The notes under the pieces were generated by a model. It saw only the letters and a list, made by a program, of their open reading frames with translations. It had not been told where the DNA came from and searched no databases. Shown in pieces: positions 15,656-26,473 of a stretch of DNA of 64,000 nucleotides. How positions within the stretch are numbered: the first letter of the stretch is position 1; every line of letters starts with the position of its first letter. Source of the stretch: Yuukianura sp. NJ FZ-2021. Lineage: Eukaryota. The stretch spans positions 1-64,000 of the forward strand of contig CM102287.1 of assembly GCA_046563655.1 (NCBI GenBank), read 5' to 3'. The position numbers and the translations under genes were made by a program.

Positions 15656-16640
15656 GTTTATACCAAAATGACAGTTAGATTTATGCACTTGTTGCATAGT
15701 GGAGTTGGGCTAAAATATAATTCCAGATTATTGTTGAACACCAGTTATTCAGGTGTGCTTTATTGGAAGTGCAGGGTGGTTGTACGACATAAAAAATTAT
15801 TTCCTAAAAATTCTAATCAAGATAACAAATAATGCGGAATGTTTCATTTTGATTTAGACAATGTAATAATGGGATTTCCCCTGAAGTTCCATTGCCCTCT
15901 GAGTCATTGTGATTCATAGTGTCAAAATGAGTACTGGTTGGTATCTGTAGTGAGGACGAGCTTGTCATTTCACCGGCACTTCTCCTTTGTGCTCAAAGAT
16001 GAAGGCTGACAACAAGTGGTTCACCGTGTGTAATAGTCGTTGATGCACTACGACAAAGTGGACCGGTATTAGATGCGTTCCATGAAGATGGTTAGAAGCG
16101 ATATCAAGGCATAAATTCCATTTTTCAGTATGTTTAAAACTTCGTTGTATAGTTCCCACATTAGTTTATACCAAAATGACAGTTAGGTTTATGCACTTGT
16201 TGCATAGTGGAGTTGGGCTAAAATATAATTCCAGATTATTGTTGAACACCAGTTATTCAGTTGTGCTTTATTGGAAGTGCAAGGTGGTAGTATGACATAA
16301 AAAATTATTTCCTAAAAATTCTAATCAAGATAACAAATAATGCGGAATGTTTCATTTTGATTTAGACATTGTAATAATGGGATTTCCCCTGAAGTTCCAT
16401 TGCCGTCTGAGTCATTGTGATTCATAGTGTCAAAATGAGTACTGGTTGGTATCTGTAGTGAGGACGAGCTTGTCATTTCACCGGCACTTCTCCTTTGTGC
16501 TCAAAGATGAAGGCTGACAACAAGTGGTTCACCGTGTGTAATAGTCGTTGATGCACTACGACAAAGTGGACCGGTATTAGATGCGTTCCATGAAGATGGT
16601 TAGAAGCGATAACAAGGCATAAATATCATTTTTCAGTATG

Positions 16641-16897
16641 AGTTAGTTATAAGTGTTTATCAATAGAAAATAGGTCAAGCCCCCCCTCCCCACATCCCCA
16701 GCCCCTGTCCATTCATCCCGGTCATGGGTGACGAAGTGCAACAGAGAAGAAAAAAAAAAAAATAAATAAATAAAAATACATTGTAAATTATTAAATTAAA
16801 TTTATTACTTTTTAAAATTAACCATTTTTAATTGTCTATAATTTATTTAAAAAAAAAAAAATAAAAAAAATATACAATTCCCGAGATTCGAACCCGC
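16641..16897 (+). repeat. Left terminal inverted repeat (near-perfect ~110 bp, degenerate to ~257 bp)
   Basis: Reverse complement of the right end through ...GACGAAGTGCAACAGAGAAGAAAAA; patchy matches continue through TTTTTAATTGTCTAT to CCGAGATTCGAAC. Confidence 0.93.
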
Positions 16898-16956
16898 ATT
16901 TTTTTTTCTCAGGTTTAATTTGAACTGGTGGCTCATACCAATGAACCACATTGGCG
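16870..16956 (-). promoter_or_regulatory. tRNA-like Pol III type-2 promoter element (A box + B box), pointing toward the left end
   Basis: Minus strand reads TGGTTCATTGGTATGAGC ... GCGGGTTCGAATCTCGG followed by T runs; there is no canonical anticodon arm. Confidence 0.45.
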
Positions 16957-17233
16957 TAGCTTACAAATCATAAGAAAAGAATAGCATGACATACAATTAC
17001 TTCATTTACAGCAAAAGTAAAAAAGTACAAGTGATATTCTCTTGATGGCGCTGGGGATGTATTTTTAGTTGCACGGGGATGAAATTCAACTGAGTTTGTT
17101 TCTTCTAAACTTTCGGGGTGAAAAAAATGTTCTGTTTTTAATTCGTCAGCTGAGTTTGTTTCTGTCTAAACTTGACGTGCAACAAAAAGCAACGCAAAAA
17201 TCAAACATTTCCGAGATTTACATTGAAAAAAAA

Positions 17234-18428
17234 ATGGAGGTAAGTCAATCAAATTTGGAACAATTTGGTTCTAAATTTAATTTACTTATTTTATTTATTT
17301 CAGAACGAATTGGACAACGTGGTCGTAGATCCGGATTTTAACCCAGAAGGGGTTGTCGTCGAGGGGGTAATTTTTGTTCTACTATTTTTTTGAAAATTTT
17401 TCTAAAATTCTAATACAAGTTTAAATTAATTTAGCCCCGGTTGTACAACCTCCGCACGACACCTGTACCTTCGCAACCAATTGTCCAATTTCCGATTCCC
17501 TCTCAACGATTTGACAATTGGGGGGAATTAAAGAAACGGAAAGAAACGCTACCACGATTCCACGATATGAACATCACGAACGTGTTCTGGGTACGACGCG
17601 TCGGTGACGGGCCGGCAGCGGAAAATCAAAAACAGCGAGACTACCAATGGCAAGCCTATGTTGGCTTTGGCACAGAAGAAAATGAGTTTGAGCCGTAAGA
17701 AAATTTTGAAATCAACAATTACTTTTGTAGTTATTTTAAATTACCAAAACAACTTTTTTTTCTCTGTATAGTTACCATTGGGTACTTATAACTGAGAAAA
17801 CGCCGCCGCATGTGAAAGCCATGGTGACGACGGTGCGAAAAAGGATGCGAGGAATGATGGACGCAATAAGCTTTTTTCCGCCTCCGGTGAGGCCAGCACG
17901 ACTAGACCAGCTCGGTCTCCGGCCCAGGATTGAGGTAAGCTCTTTTTTTCATGGAAAATAACTTTGATTTAATTTTATTTGTATTAATTTTAGCCTTCAA
18001 GACCAGACTACTACATTTGTTACAAATGTCGCTGCACTTTTCCTGGTCTCGGATATTTAAGGAGGCACAACTGCTATCGGACGGAGGTCAACGGAATTGG
18101 CACTCAAACGACGCAACTAGTGCATAGCATCGCAACTCAGACTCCACCATCTGAGGAATGTCTCCCAGGACCTTCACGAGGAGCAATTCTTCCCGACTTT
18201 TCCACACTAAAATGTCAAAAGTGTGAAATGAAATTTTCAAAAAAGGCAAACTTCAAGCGTCATTATTTTACGATGCACCTTACAATGGGCATCAATAACG
18301 AAATGCACTACAAACACGAGTGCCGCTGTAAATACAAAACAAATCGATACGACAACTATATGCGCCACGTTTTGTCATGTAACATTGTATTAGGTGTTAG
18401 GTGCATGATTGAACTCGACCTCTTTTAG
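17234..18428 (+). CDS. Spliced zinc-finger protein with possible chromo-like N-terminal region and two TQT motifs (5 exons)
   Basis: GT-AG introns 17240-17303, 17367-17434, 17695-17771 and 17935-17993 join one open frame. Fingers: CYKC..HNC, CQKC..F..KANFKRHYFTMH, CRC..YMRHVLSC. Motifs GIGTQT and SIATQT. Confidence 0.75.
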
Positions 18429-18654
18429 CCAATTTTTTGTTAAATAAATTTTGTTGGTTTAAATTTAATTTTGTGCTACTTTATTTTAAAATGCTTTGGC
18501 AACTTTCGGAGTTGCCTTTGAGATGATTCTTAACAAGGTTTGGGACTTTGGGTGGATCACCCAGGATGGGTGGTCTGTTTGGACGTTGGACACACCCTCC
18601 TAATCTTTTCACTCCAAGCATGTGAGAAAAGCTTTCACGAAGATAGAAAGCATC

Positions 18655-18778
18655 AGATGGGGATTTGTGTGAGGAGCAGGCGATCATTTTTGCTCCTCAC
18701 GGCAGCTTATGTAAGAAGGAGAGGAAGCTGAGAGATGGGGATTTGTGTGAGGAGCAGCCGAACATTTTTGCTCCTCAT
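18655..18778. repeat. Two ~46-bp direct repeats, each containing a 10-bp hairpin
   Basis: AGATGGGGATTTGT-GTGAGGAGCA-N12-TGCTCCTCA(C/T) at 18655-18700 and 18733-18778. Confidence 0.85.
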
Positions 18779-19040
18779 GGGGCCTTATGAGAGAAACTTC
18801 TCAGTGCCACTATGTAGTGTGGGTGGTGGTGTTCTGAAAGAGGAGGATTTTTTTGTTTGAAAAAAAAATACTTGAGAAAGATACTCAATGTTCCAAAGAC
18901 GCCAGGCTTTGACAGTGGTAAGCTTTATTTTCAAAAGAGATGGCGCAGAGGAAGGATTTTTTGACAAACGGAGCTACAGTATATTTTAAAAAGAAAAGTA
19001 AAATTGTAGCAAAAAAAAAAGATTTTCACTCTATTCGGAT

Positions 19041-19842
19041 TCAAAGGGAGCTTTCACGGGCGGTAAAAGTTTCCAGTTGAAGCGCAGCTGCACCCCTCTG
19101 GAGTTGGTCACTCAGAGGTCTTGGCCTGCGGCAACGCTTCAATACACGAACGGCCATATATGAACCGATGATCACCAGTAGCCCCACTAGAATTAAAATG
19201 TGAGTCATGAGTACAAATTTGTTTTGAAATGATTACCTAAAACTTACCAATAATCAGAATCAACAAAAGAGTCAAGTCCAAACCTCCCTCTTGAACTGCC
19301 GGCTGCGGGATTACCGTGGTTGTTGGTTCGGTTGTCGGTGAGGTGGGTGGTGTCGTAGGGGCCTCAGTTGTGGTGATGTTCCTAATATTCCTGCAGGCCT
19401 CCCAGTTTGGCGGGTTTACGTTAAAAACGTATCCTCGGGCTGTCCCCTCCAGTCCACAAAACGTTTTACGTCGCCCCTCGTTGAACTCGAAAAATGAGCA
19501 CGCCTTAAGGACACACTCCACGCATTTCCACAATGCATTACACTTTGCTAAAAATGAATTATAAATTAAAATATGCAAATTGAAATTTTACAAATTAAAA
19601 ATCTTTTACTTACACATAATTGCAACTTCTTTGACTTTAGAGTTCTTGGAGTACGAAATACAGACTGATGAGCAATCTCATGCAAAATTTATTATTAGAG
19701 CTAAAATGAGTTCTCTTAAGTTGATGAACTAGTAATTGATCTGGATTTGAAACATCTCATACGATCAAATAGCAAGGATAATAAAAACTCCAGCGTCTAG
19801 ACAATTCCTTTCAGATGAGTTTATTCGAAGTTACCAAACCAT
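19041..19842 (-). CDS. Membrane protein 1: Cys-rich (PSI-like) domain, Thr/Pro mucin-like stalk, TM helix, tail ending ESSL; 5' end uncertain
   Basis: Introns 19548-19613 and 19187-19247 give ...KCNALWKCVECVLKACSF...TTTEAPTTPPTSPTTEPTTT...LTLLLILIIVGLLVIIGSYMAV-RVLKRCRR...TARESSL*. A signal-peptide-like exon (TLEFLLSLLF) lies near 19763-19796. Confidence 0.65.
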
Positions 19843-19845
19843 TTG

Positions 19846-22800
19846 TCATCCGCCTAACTTATTTTTCAAATCATAGTCAATAATAGATTCGATTCGCTTG
19901 TCACCAAATGGAAGGGAAATTGTGTTGGACACAAAAAATCTTGACGCGTTAATGCTTGATGTTAGGGATGCTCGGCTACTTGTGATCATCAGCATCTGGT
20001 CATCCAAAATTTTCACCTGAGAAACTTTGACTTTTTTCAGGGCTTCTCCATGCTCCACGACACGTTTGAAATCTGCATGCCTAAGTTCCTTGGCCTGTTT
20101 TTTTGGAATTCCACCGGCTTTCAGAATGTCGGATTCTCCAAACGCAGAGTCAATTTCCATTGAATATTGAGAACAGGAAGTAGAGTAAAATTCTTTGATC
20201 CCTTCAGCTTGAATCTTCAAGAGACCCGGGATTCCTGCCCGAGAAGCATCATAGAGTTCGGACGTCGGCTGTAGATTGGAAAAGTCGAAGCGATTCGAAA
20301 GTCGTTTCAGTCCAGCAACGTATTCGGCTCTGCTACAGTGGATCTCGGCCACAATACTGTCTGTATGAGTCATCACATGATGGCACCTGTCTCCAAACTC
20401 ACGTTTCAATCCGTCATAATAGTGTGAGTACAGCATAATTTTTGCATTTGAAAGTATAGCGAGTCCAATCATGCGCAGATTGTAATCTGTGATTTCCCCC
20501 TTGGAAAAGTCAAATAGCGCCGTATCTTCGTCCAAAATCTCGAACGACTTGAAAGTTGCCTTGGCTAGTTCTGCTTTCGCTTCTACCGAAGATCGGATGG
20601 CTTTTGACCGCATGTAATCTGAATTGTTTTTTAACATTTGTCCATAGAGCGAGTTGTTTAAAAGCTTCCGAAGTTGCTTTTGGAGGGGAAACTTTGCTTG
20701 ATTTCTTGCAATGACATTACTAGCAGCAAAATTTGCGAAAATTGGAGACTCCCTAAATCGAACTGCTGAATAGTACTTGGTAGGCATGGCGCCATGATCA
20801 ATCATGAACTTGAGGTATTTCCCATAGTAGACTTGTCGTTGTTTTTTGTAGAGGGTCAGCAACACTCGTTCCTGTTCAATTTTTGTTTTTTCTCTGAAAC
20901 TTTCTTGTTGGAATGGAGATAGCTCTTGAGTAGAAACCTTAAGTCGCTGTTGTGGGAAAGGAAAGTCTGAGAGAAAGTTTTTCACTTCCTCACTTTGATA
21001 TTCAAGGTCGACTTCAAAGAGGTAACCCCAACCGTCATCAAAATCTGGTTTGTTGAAATCAAATTTTATAATCTCCTCCGCGGTGAGTTTTTTGTAGCCT
21101 CCGCACGGTAGGTTACCCAAGAAGCACTTACTGTAGCACGAGTTAATGTCAGCATAAAAAATTATTTTTTGCGGAAGGTTATGGTCATAGTTGGAGAGCT
21201 GTTCATTGTTGGCTATAGACTTTAACTTTGTGACTTGAATGACAGGCCCATAGATTCCTTTCGTGATGAGTTTTGAAATTTCTTCATCCGTGACGGCTTG
21301 AATTTCACATTTCTCCATTAGGAACGCGGCTTCCCTTGAAAATGAAGAAATGCTCCAAAAAGAAGCCAAATCCAAATGAAACTCTTTCCAATATTCGTTT
21401 CGAATCGCTTGGAAAACGTCTGCGGTAAGAGCAGTGACACTATTTAGCTTGTGGCGGACTATGTTTTCCAGTGAAAGTTGTTTCCATGAATCGGGAACGT
21501 GGAATTCACTTGAACATTCTAGACTCTTGTAGGCAACTGATTTGTTTTCGAAAAAATCATCAACGGAAGAAAACTCAGGAAAAATCTCGTCTACTGCACT
21601 GTGTGTAGGGTCAGGAGAAAGTTGATTACCGAAAATTTGCTGGAAAATTGGAAATCCAATTCCGGACATCTTTAACTCTTCCACAAGTTCAGCGAGCGGC
21701 GAGTCTGGACGAAAATTTTGAAAGTCTATAAATTTGAGTCCAAAGTGAAGGTCATAGTTTTGCTTGCAAATAGTTTTTCTCAAGTCCAAACCAATTGTGT
21801 TTCCTTCTTTTCTTCGAATTGGGGTAGCAATTCCGTGTTCATCTTTTAGGCATTTTAGCAGAAGATTAAACTCATTCTTCTCACAAAATGCAATCGCTGT
21901 GATACGGTTCTTTGGTTTTATTTCCAAGTTGCAGTTTGTGCAACAGGTCTGCATCTTCTCCCCTGTGAAATGATCATGGTGATAAGCTCTCAGCACTAAA
22001 TCGTGGTTAAATTGCTTTCCACAAATTTCACAGTTTGTTGCTTTTATAAAAAGCCCTTCCTGTTCCTCAGTCATAGGGAGCATCTTGTTTGTGAATTTAA
22101 TTTCGTCGAGCTTCATTTTCGCCATTTCCATTGCAGTTTTAAAAAAAATGTCCACACAATCTTTTCCAATGTAAGAGTGCCGGTCTATGTGTCCCGTTTC
22201 GCATACACTCAGTAGACTGAAGCCAACTGGAATTTTTTGAGTAACACTGATACATTCTTGTCCTATGGTCATCGGAGTTTGTACAGAGACGTAGAAGAAC
22301 TTGTAGAAAAAAATGTAAGGAGCTTTCAGGAGGGCATCAAACTTTCGAAATTTCACAATATCATTCCTAGGCACTTTTACTTTTACAGAGTTTTCACCGC
22401 AAGTATGGTTTACGGAAGACCAAGTCCTAGAATCAAAACGTTTTTGACAAACAGGACAAAATTGATGCCGGAAATGATTATGTTTTCCGAGGAGTGCCGA
22501 AATGTCCCGAATGCAAACAAAGTGATGTTCTTCGCGTTCCGGATGCTTGATTAGTAGGAGATTGACATGATTCGCTCTTTCAGTTTGTGGTGCCCTCCAT
22601 AGAACAATTTCTGGCCCCTGATTTCCGTACACGGTGATGCTAAGGTCTGGGAATTTCTCTTCGACCAAGTCAATGTCCAAAAGAGAAACGTCCGGGTGAG
22701 GGAGAAAGCTCAAATCCATTCTCTCCAAGAAGGCTTCATAACTTGCTGTTTTCTCCAAAATTGCTCTCTCAACTTTAGACTTTTGATGATCTTTGAGCCC

Positions 22801-23711
22801 AAGACAGTGACGCTTCATTCTTCCCAGCTCCAAAATTTCATCTTCATATAGTGCACATAGCACGCTCAATTGGAAGCAGTTGGAATTGGTATTTATCGAC
22901 AAAAGTCCACGTCTGCGAGCCAATTCCTTTGGAATGGGAATGTAACCCCGCCCCCGAACAACTGGATTCCATTGACCGACACCAATGTGGAGAGAACGTA
23001 GCCGCAGAATCTGCCAATTGCTTCCGTTTTCTAGGTATAAGTTGAGGGCGTTGATGATGTATACACAAGAGTTTGTTACCACCCTTGAAATGAAATCGGG
23101 ATGAGAGAGAGGCATGAAGGGAGCTCCGATGGCGTCTCCGAGGTGAATGACATTGTGTGTGACCTCAATCATGTCAGCAATCAAAGTAAAGTTGACTTTG
23201 ACTCCACTGTACTGCCCGATCACTGATTTCAGTAACTTTCTAATAGGAAAGTCGAGGTTTTCAAAAACAGAAAGTACTTGACATTCGGTGGGTGGTTCAA
23301 CGGGTGCAGAAAATAACTTCAAAGTCCCCTTAAGAGCATGGCGGATTTCTTTGAAAGGACGGATATCCACCATAGCTAGGTCATCGGTTGGTCTACTACC
23401 CATGCCTCTCTGAGGACAGATTGGACGGTGAAGAGGAGCCTCGTCAAAGTACCCTCCACAAGAATTACAGCTATGTACCTGCATCAAAAGTGGAATTTTC
23501 ACATCTTTCCTCATGCTTGTGCTAAGTGTAACGTCTTACAGTTTCCACGTGGATGGCCATGGCCTTGTAGGTCGTGCATTTGAAAGTGCAAAGTAACGTA
23601 GGGCTCTGATATCCGCAACTAAACTGCAAATAAAAATTTTTGTGAAACAACAATAATAAGACGGCTTAGAATTTTTTTTACCTCGGCTGCCCGTTTATTC
23701 AGAAAACTCAT
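19846..23711 (-). CDS. pPolB: Protein-primed family B DNA polymerase with N-terminal zinc finger, TP/vOTU-like region and endonuclease VII-like insert
   Basis: 1222-aa ORF with YADINSCY, KLLNNSLYG and THTDS; GSNW...YIPIP...NSNCF...HF N-terminal block; CEIC...HHDHFTGE...CTNCN. Probable 5' exons via introns 23624-23681 and 23479-23539 complete a C2H2 finger (C..C..HVET|VH). Confidence 0.93.
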
Positions 23712-23757
23712 TTTATTAAATTATTAAACAATTTTTTCCAATTAGCTAGCTTCAGAC

Positions 23758-24429
23758 TCAGACTTCGGACTGACGGGGGGATCGACGAAGGGCGACGTTA
23801 AATACACTGCCGTATGTCCCGCGCGATTGGCTACCATGACATTGACCTCCCAAGCTCCACCCCAAAACGTTTGCCACGACAGCAGCAAAGGTCATGCATG
23901 ACAAGGCTGTGGATGAACAACACGATTAATTGGGGACCCATCTAAAAGGAATACGACGTCTTACCCAGAATAGTCCGTAAAATCGGAAGTTGGGAGGGTG
24001 CTTCAAATTTTTGTTGCTTTTTGCAGCCGGTCATTGCTCTCAATAGGTTTGAAATATCTTTCAGTGCCGTTCCGTTGCTGATGTTATCAGCAAACAAAGT
24101 TCCATAAACGATTCCATCCGTGTCTTGCTGATGCGAATCGCACTTGGCCGTGACATTTGTGCTGCCCATTATGAGGGTTCCTGGGAGGTTCCGCGTCATG
24201 TCATTTGTGCAAAAAAAGTTTTGAACCGAATTGAAATGCCATCCTTTGATGAACACATGACCGCCTGAGATGCAACTCCTGCAGCGTTCTTGGAGACTTT
24301 TGTCTTCTCCAGTTTTCAAAAAGAAAGGAATCACTCACCTTCTAAAATGAAGGAAATAGTAGCTTACTTACCTTGACACGATGACGCGGTGATTAGAAAG
24401 CACAACAGGACAAGATTCGAGAGAGCCAT
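23758..24429 (-). CDS. Membrane protein 2: signal peptide, Cys-containing glycosylated ectodomain, TM helix, tail ending QSEV
   Basis: MALSNLVLLCFLITASSCQ | intron ~24308-24371 | ORF body (CRSC; sequons NVT, NIS, NGT) | intron 23907-23964 | ILRTILALSCMTFAAVVANVLGWSL...RRSPRQSEV*. Confidence 0.68.
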
Positions 24430-24522
24430 TACACTACTTGTCGACTCGAATAGAGTAAAATGAATACTGAAGCGTTTGTCAGGCAGTTGCTGAATTTTTA
24501 TGTTTTATTTACATTTGAAAAA

Positions 24523-25082
24523 TTAGTTTTGCCAATCACATAAAGAATAGCATGTCTGAGATGACCCTGAGTGACCCCTTTTCGTACAGATGCCTAAACT
24601 ACTATAAAAATCAAGTACAATTTTTTCGTTTTTGTTTAAATTTTTAGGACTAAATATACGTAAAGAACTACACAAATCTTTTCCGCTGCTCAACTCTTGA
24701 AAGACTTTTAAGCAGAACATGCCGCACGTTGCACTGTCATCCTTTTGTAGTTTTTTAGTGTTCCATTCCGAGATTGTAGTGCATGGGCCGTAAGGAAGAG
24801 ATAGGTTGTAATCGCTAGGCAATTTCCCAAAACTGTCAAAAAAAACCAACCGGCCTTGCTCCAAGTGCGCCCAGAGAACCCAATGGATTCCTAAATTAAA
24901 ACAAAAAATAAATCTCTTGCGTTTCCATATTTTTTTTACCTCAAGCATTTACCTGGAGAAGAAGTTAAGCCGGTATTTTGTATACAACAGAATGGAGGGC
25001 GTGGGTTTAGAAGGCTAATTCCATCATTAGAACTAACAAAAGTTCGAATTTTCGGGTCAGAGCACTCTTTTATACACGCCAT
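24523..25082 (-). CDS. Adenain-like (adenovirus C5/Ulp1-fold) maturation cysteine protease, 2 exons
   Basis: IQNT...G|IHWV...FFDSFG...LQ..DSATCGMFC gives the H-D-Q-C catalytic set; intron 24891-24952. Confidence 0.9.
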
Positions 25083-25110
25083 CGCTTCCTCCAGTTCCGC
25101 CCGTTCATCC

Positions 25111-26412
25111 TCAAGTTTTAAGAACTTGCGCGTTTCTGTTTTTGTCAATTGTTAATACGTTTTGAAAAGTTCCCAGCACAATCAACTCGACTGGCTCGTT
25201 CAGGGCTTCACCAAAGACTGCAGTTACACGGACGGGTCCTTCGCGAGCAGGAAGGAGGTCATTGTTGGATACAGCAGCTTCAGAAAGTTGGAAAAGGTAG
25301 ACGGCGTTGCCAAGTTTGAAATTCTCGCGGGAAATTCCGTTTCCAAAAGAACCGAGTGTATCAAATAGAGCCACGAATGGTTCCATGTACAGGTTTGCAG
25401 CGTAATTACAGACAAGTTCTCTGTAAAATGGAACAAATTCTTCGGTTCTGACGCTGATTGAAGTTATGCCAAAGTCGGCAAAATTCTGTGCGCTATTCTT
25501 GTAGTTTCCTCGAAACGCTTTTGATTTAACCAAGGCAATTGCAACAATCGTAGGCATCCTGCGAAGAAAAAGTCGATCCGAGGTGAAGCTGACAGTTCCG
25601 GAAGCGATTGTGTTTCTTTCAATTTCAATTTCTCGGTAACTGTAGATTGCTTTTTTTCCATGGTTGAATAGTTGCTGATGGTTAGAGTAGATTCGAGGGC
25701 TAATTGTATGTGCCTTGAGATGAAAGACGGCATCTTCAATGGAATACGTATACTTTGTGTCGGTGGGCGTGTCCAAGCAGAAAGGGGCTGAGTTTTTAGT
25801 CAGTGTAAGTTCAATTTTTAGTCCCGAAGGAATCCATCGTTGGAGTTCACACAATGAACATGAAATTTTTCCAAACAAATCAAAGGTCTTTGACCCGGCA
25901 CACATTGCTTTTCGTTTCGTATATCCAGTGTTTGTTGCGTCAAAGACATCCTGTTTGGAATCTGGGTAGTAGGCAATTGATGACAGGAGGCTCGCTTTGA
26001 GTTCTTGACTGTAGCCCAGGAGATGCGACAGAATTCCTCTGTAACTGTAACTTTGTGGGTACTCACTCATTTGGACGCCACCTACCGTGACCGTGCAGGA
26101 GTCAAAGATTGTGTAGAACATCATGTTGCTAATAGCAACGTCGGCAGTATCCGGAAGCGTTTCTCCACTTGCAGTGAGAACTTTACATTTTAGGTATAGG
26201 TATGAAGATGAGAAATCCAAGTAAACGTTTGGCGGAAATTGAAACTGCCCAATGTTGAATGTGATTTGAGGATTTTCTTTTACAGTATTCACAGGAATAA
26301 TCTTGATGAACTCTGTTTGCTGCACACTAATGTCAGTCGGGGGAACTGAAAATAGATCGAGTTGGGAAACGTAGTTGGGCTTTGTACCCGGAAGCGTGTT
26401 TACTGAAGCCAT
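25111..26412 (-). CDS. Major capsid protein (double jelly-roll, Polinton PY-type), 433 aa, intronless
   Basis: N-terminal SQLDLFSVPPTDISV, YLDFSSSYLYLKCKV, YSYRG and ...IVLGTFQNVLTIDKNR patterns typical of Polinton MCP; size and position next to the protease. Confidence 0.88.
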   Translation of the reverse strand: MASVNTLPGTKPNYVSQLDLFSVPPTDISVQQTEFIKIIPVNTVKENPQITFNIGQFQFPPNVYLDFSSSYLYLKCKVLTASGETLPDTADVAISNMMFYTIFDSCTVTVGGVQMSEYPQSYSYRGILSHLLGYSQELKASLLSSIAYYPDSKQDVFDATNTGYTKRKAMCAGSKTFDLFGKISCSLCELQRWIPSGLKIELTLTKNSAPFCLDTPTDTKYTYSIEDAVFHLKAHTISPRIYSNHQQLFNHGKKAIYSYREIEIERNTIASGTVSFTSDRLFLRRMPTIVAIALVKSKAFRGNYKNSAQNFADFGITSISVRTEEFVPFYRELVCNYAANLYMEPFVALFDTLGSFGNGISRENFKLGNAVYLFQLSEAAVSNNDLLPAREGPVRVTAVFGEALNEPVELIVLGTFQNVLTIDKNRNAQVLKT

Positions 26413-26473
26413 CTTGAGACTGACTACCGACTAACGCAGGACAGAAGACTGAGGAATCTTGTAAATGGTTCTT

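Larger units (their letters stand above)
1..16640. repeat. 508-bp tandem satellite array, left arm (~32 monomers; two are 723-bp variants carrying a solo-LTR-like insert)
   Basis: Near-identical monomer recurs every 508 +/-1 bp; the repeated 64-aa ORF marks the period (291, 799, 1308, 1817 ...). The array runs off the window start. Confidence 0.99.

Noticed and set aside
1..16640. CRISPR-like array or tandem RNA-gene cluster (5S, tRNA, snRNA, SL)
   Set aside because: No unique spacers; monomers are near-identical throughout. I recognise no 5S, tRNA or snRNA sequence, though an Rfam search was not run.
17693..17710. Nonsense mutation in FEP*ENF (mimics chromodomain WEPEENL)
   Set aside because: Better explained by a GTAAGA donor at 17695 whose splicing keeps the frame open through two further exons.
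21764..23068. Short ORFs antisense to or nested in PolB (likewise in the capsid, integrase, helicase and 37354-37709 regions)
   Set aside because: Shadow ORFs overlapping well-supported genes, with no motifs of their own.
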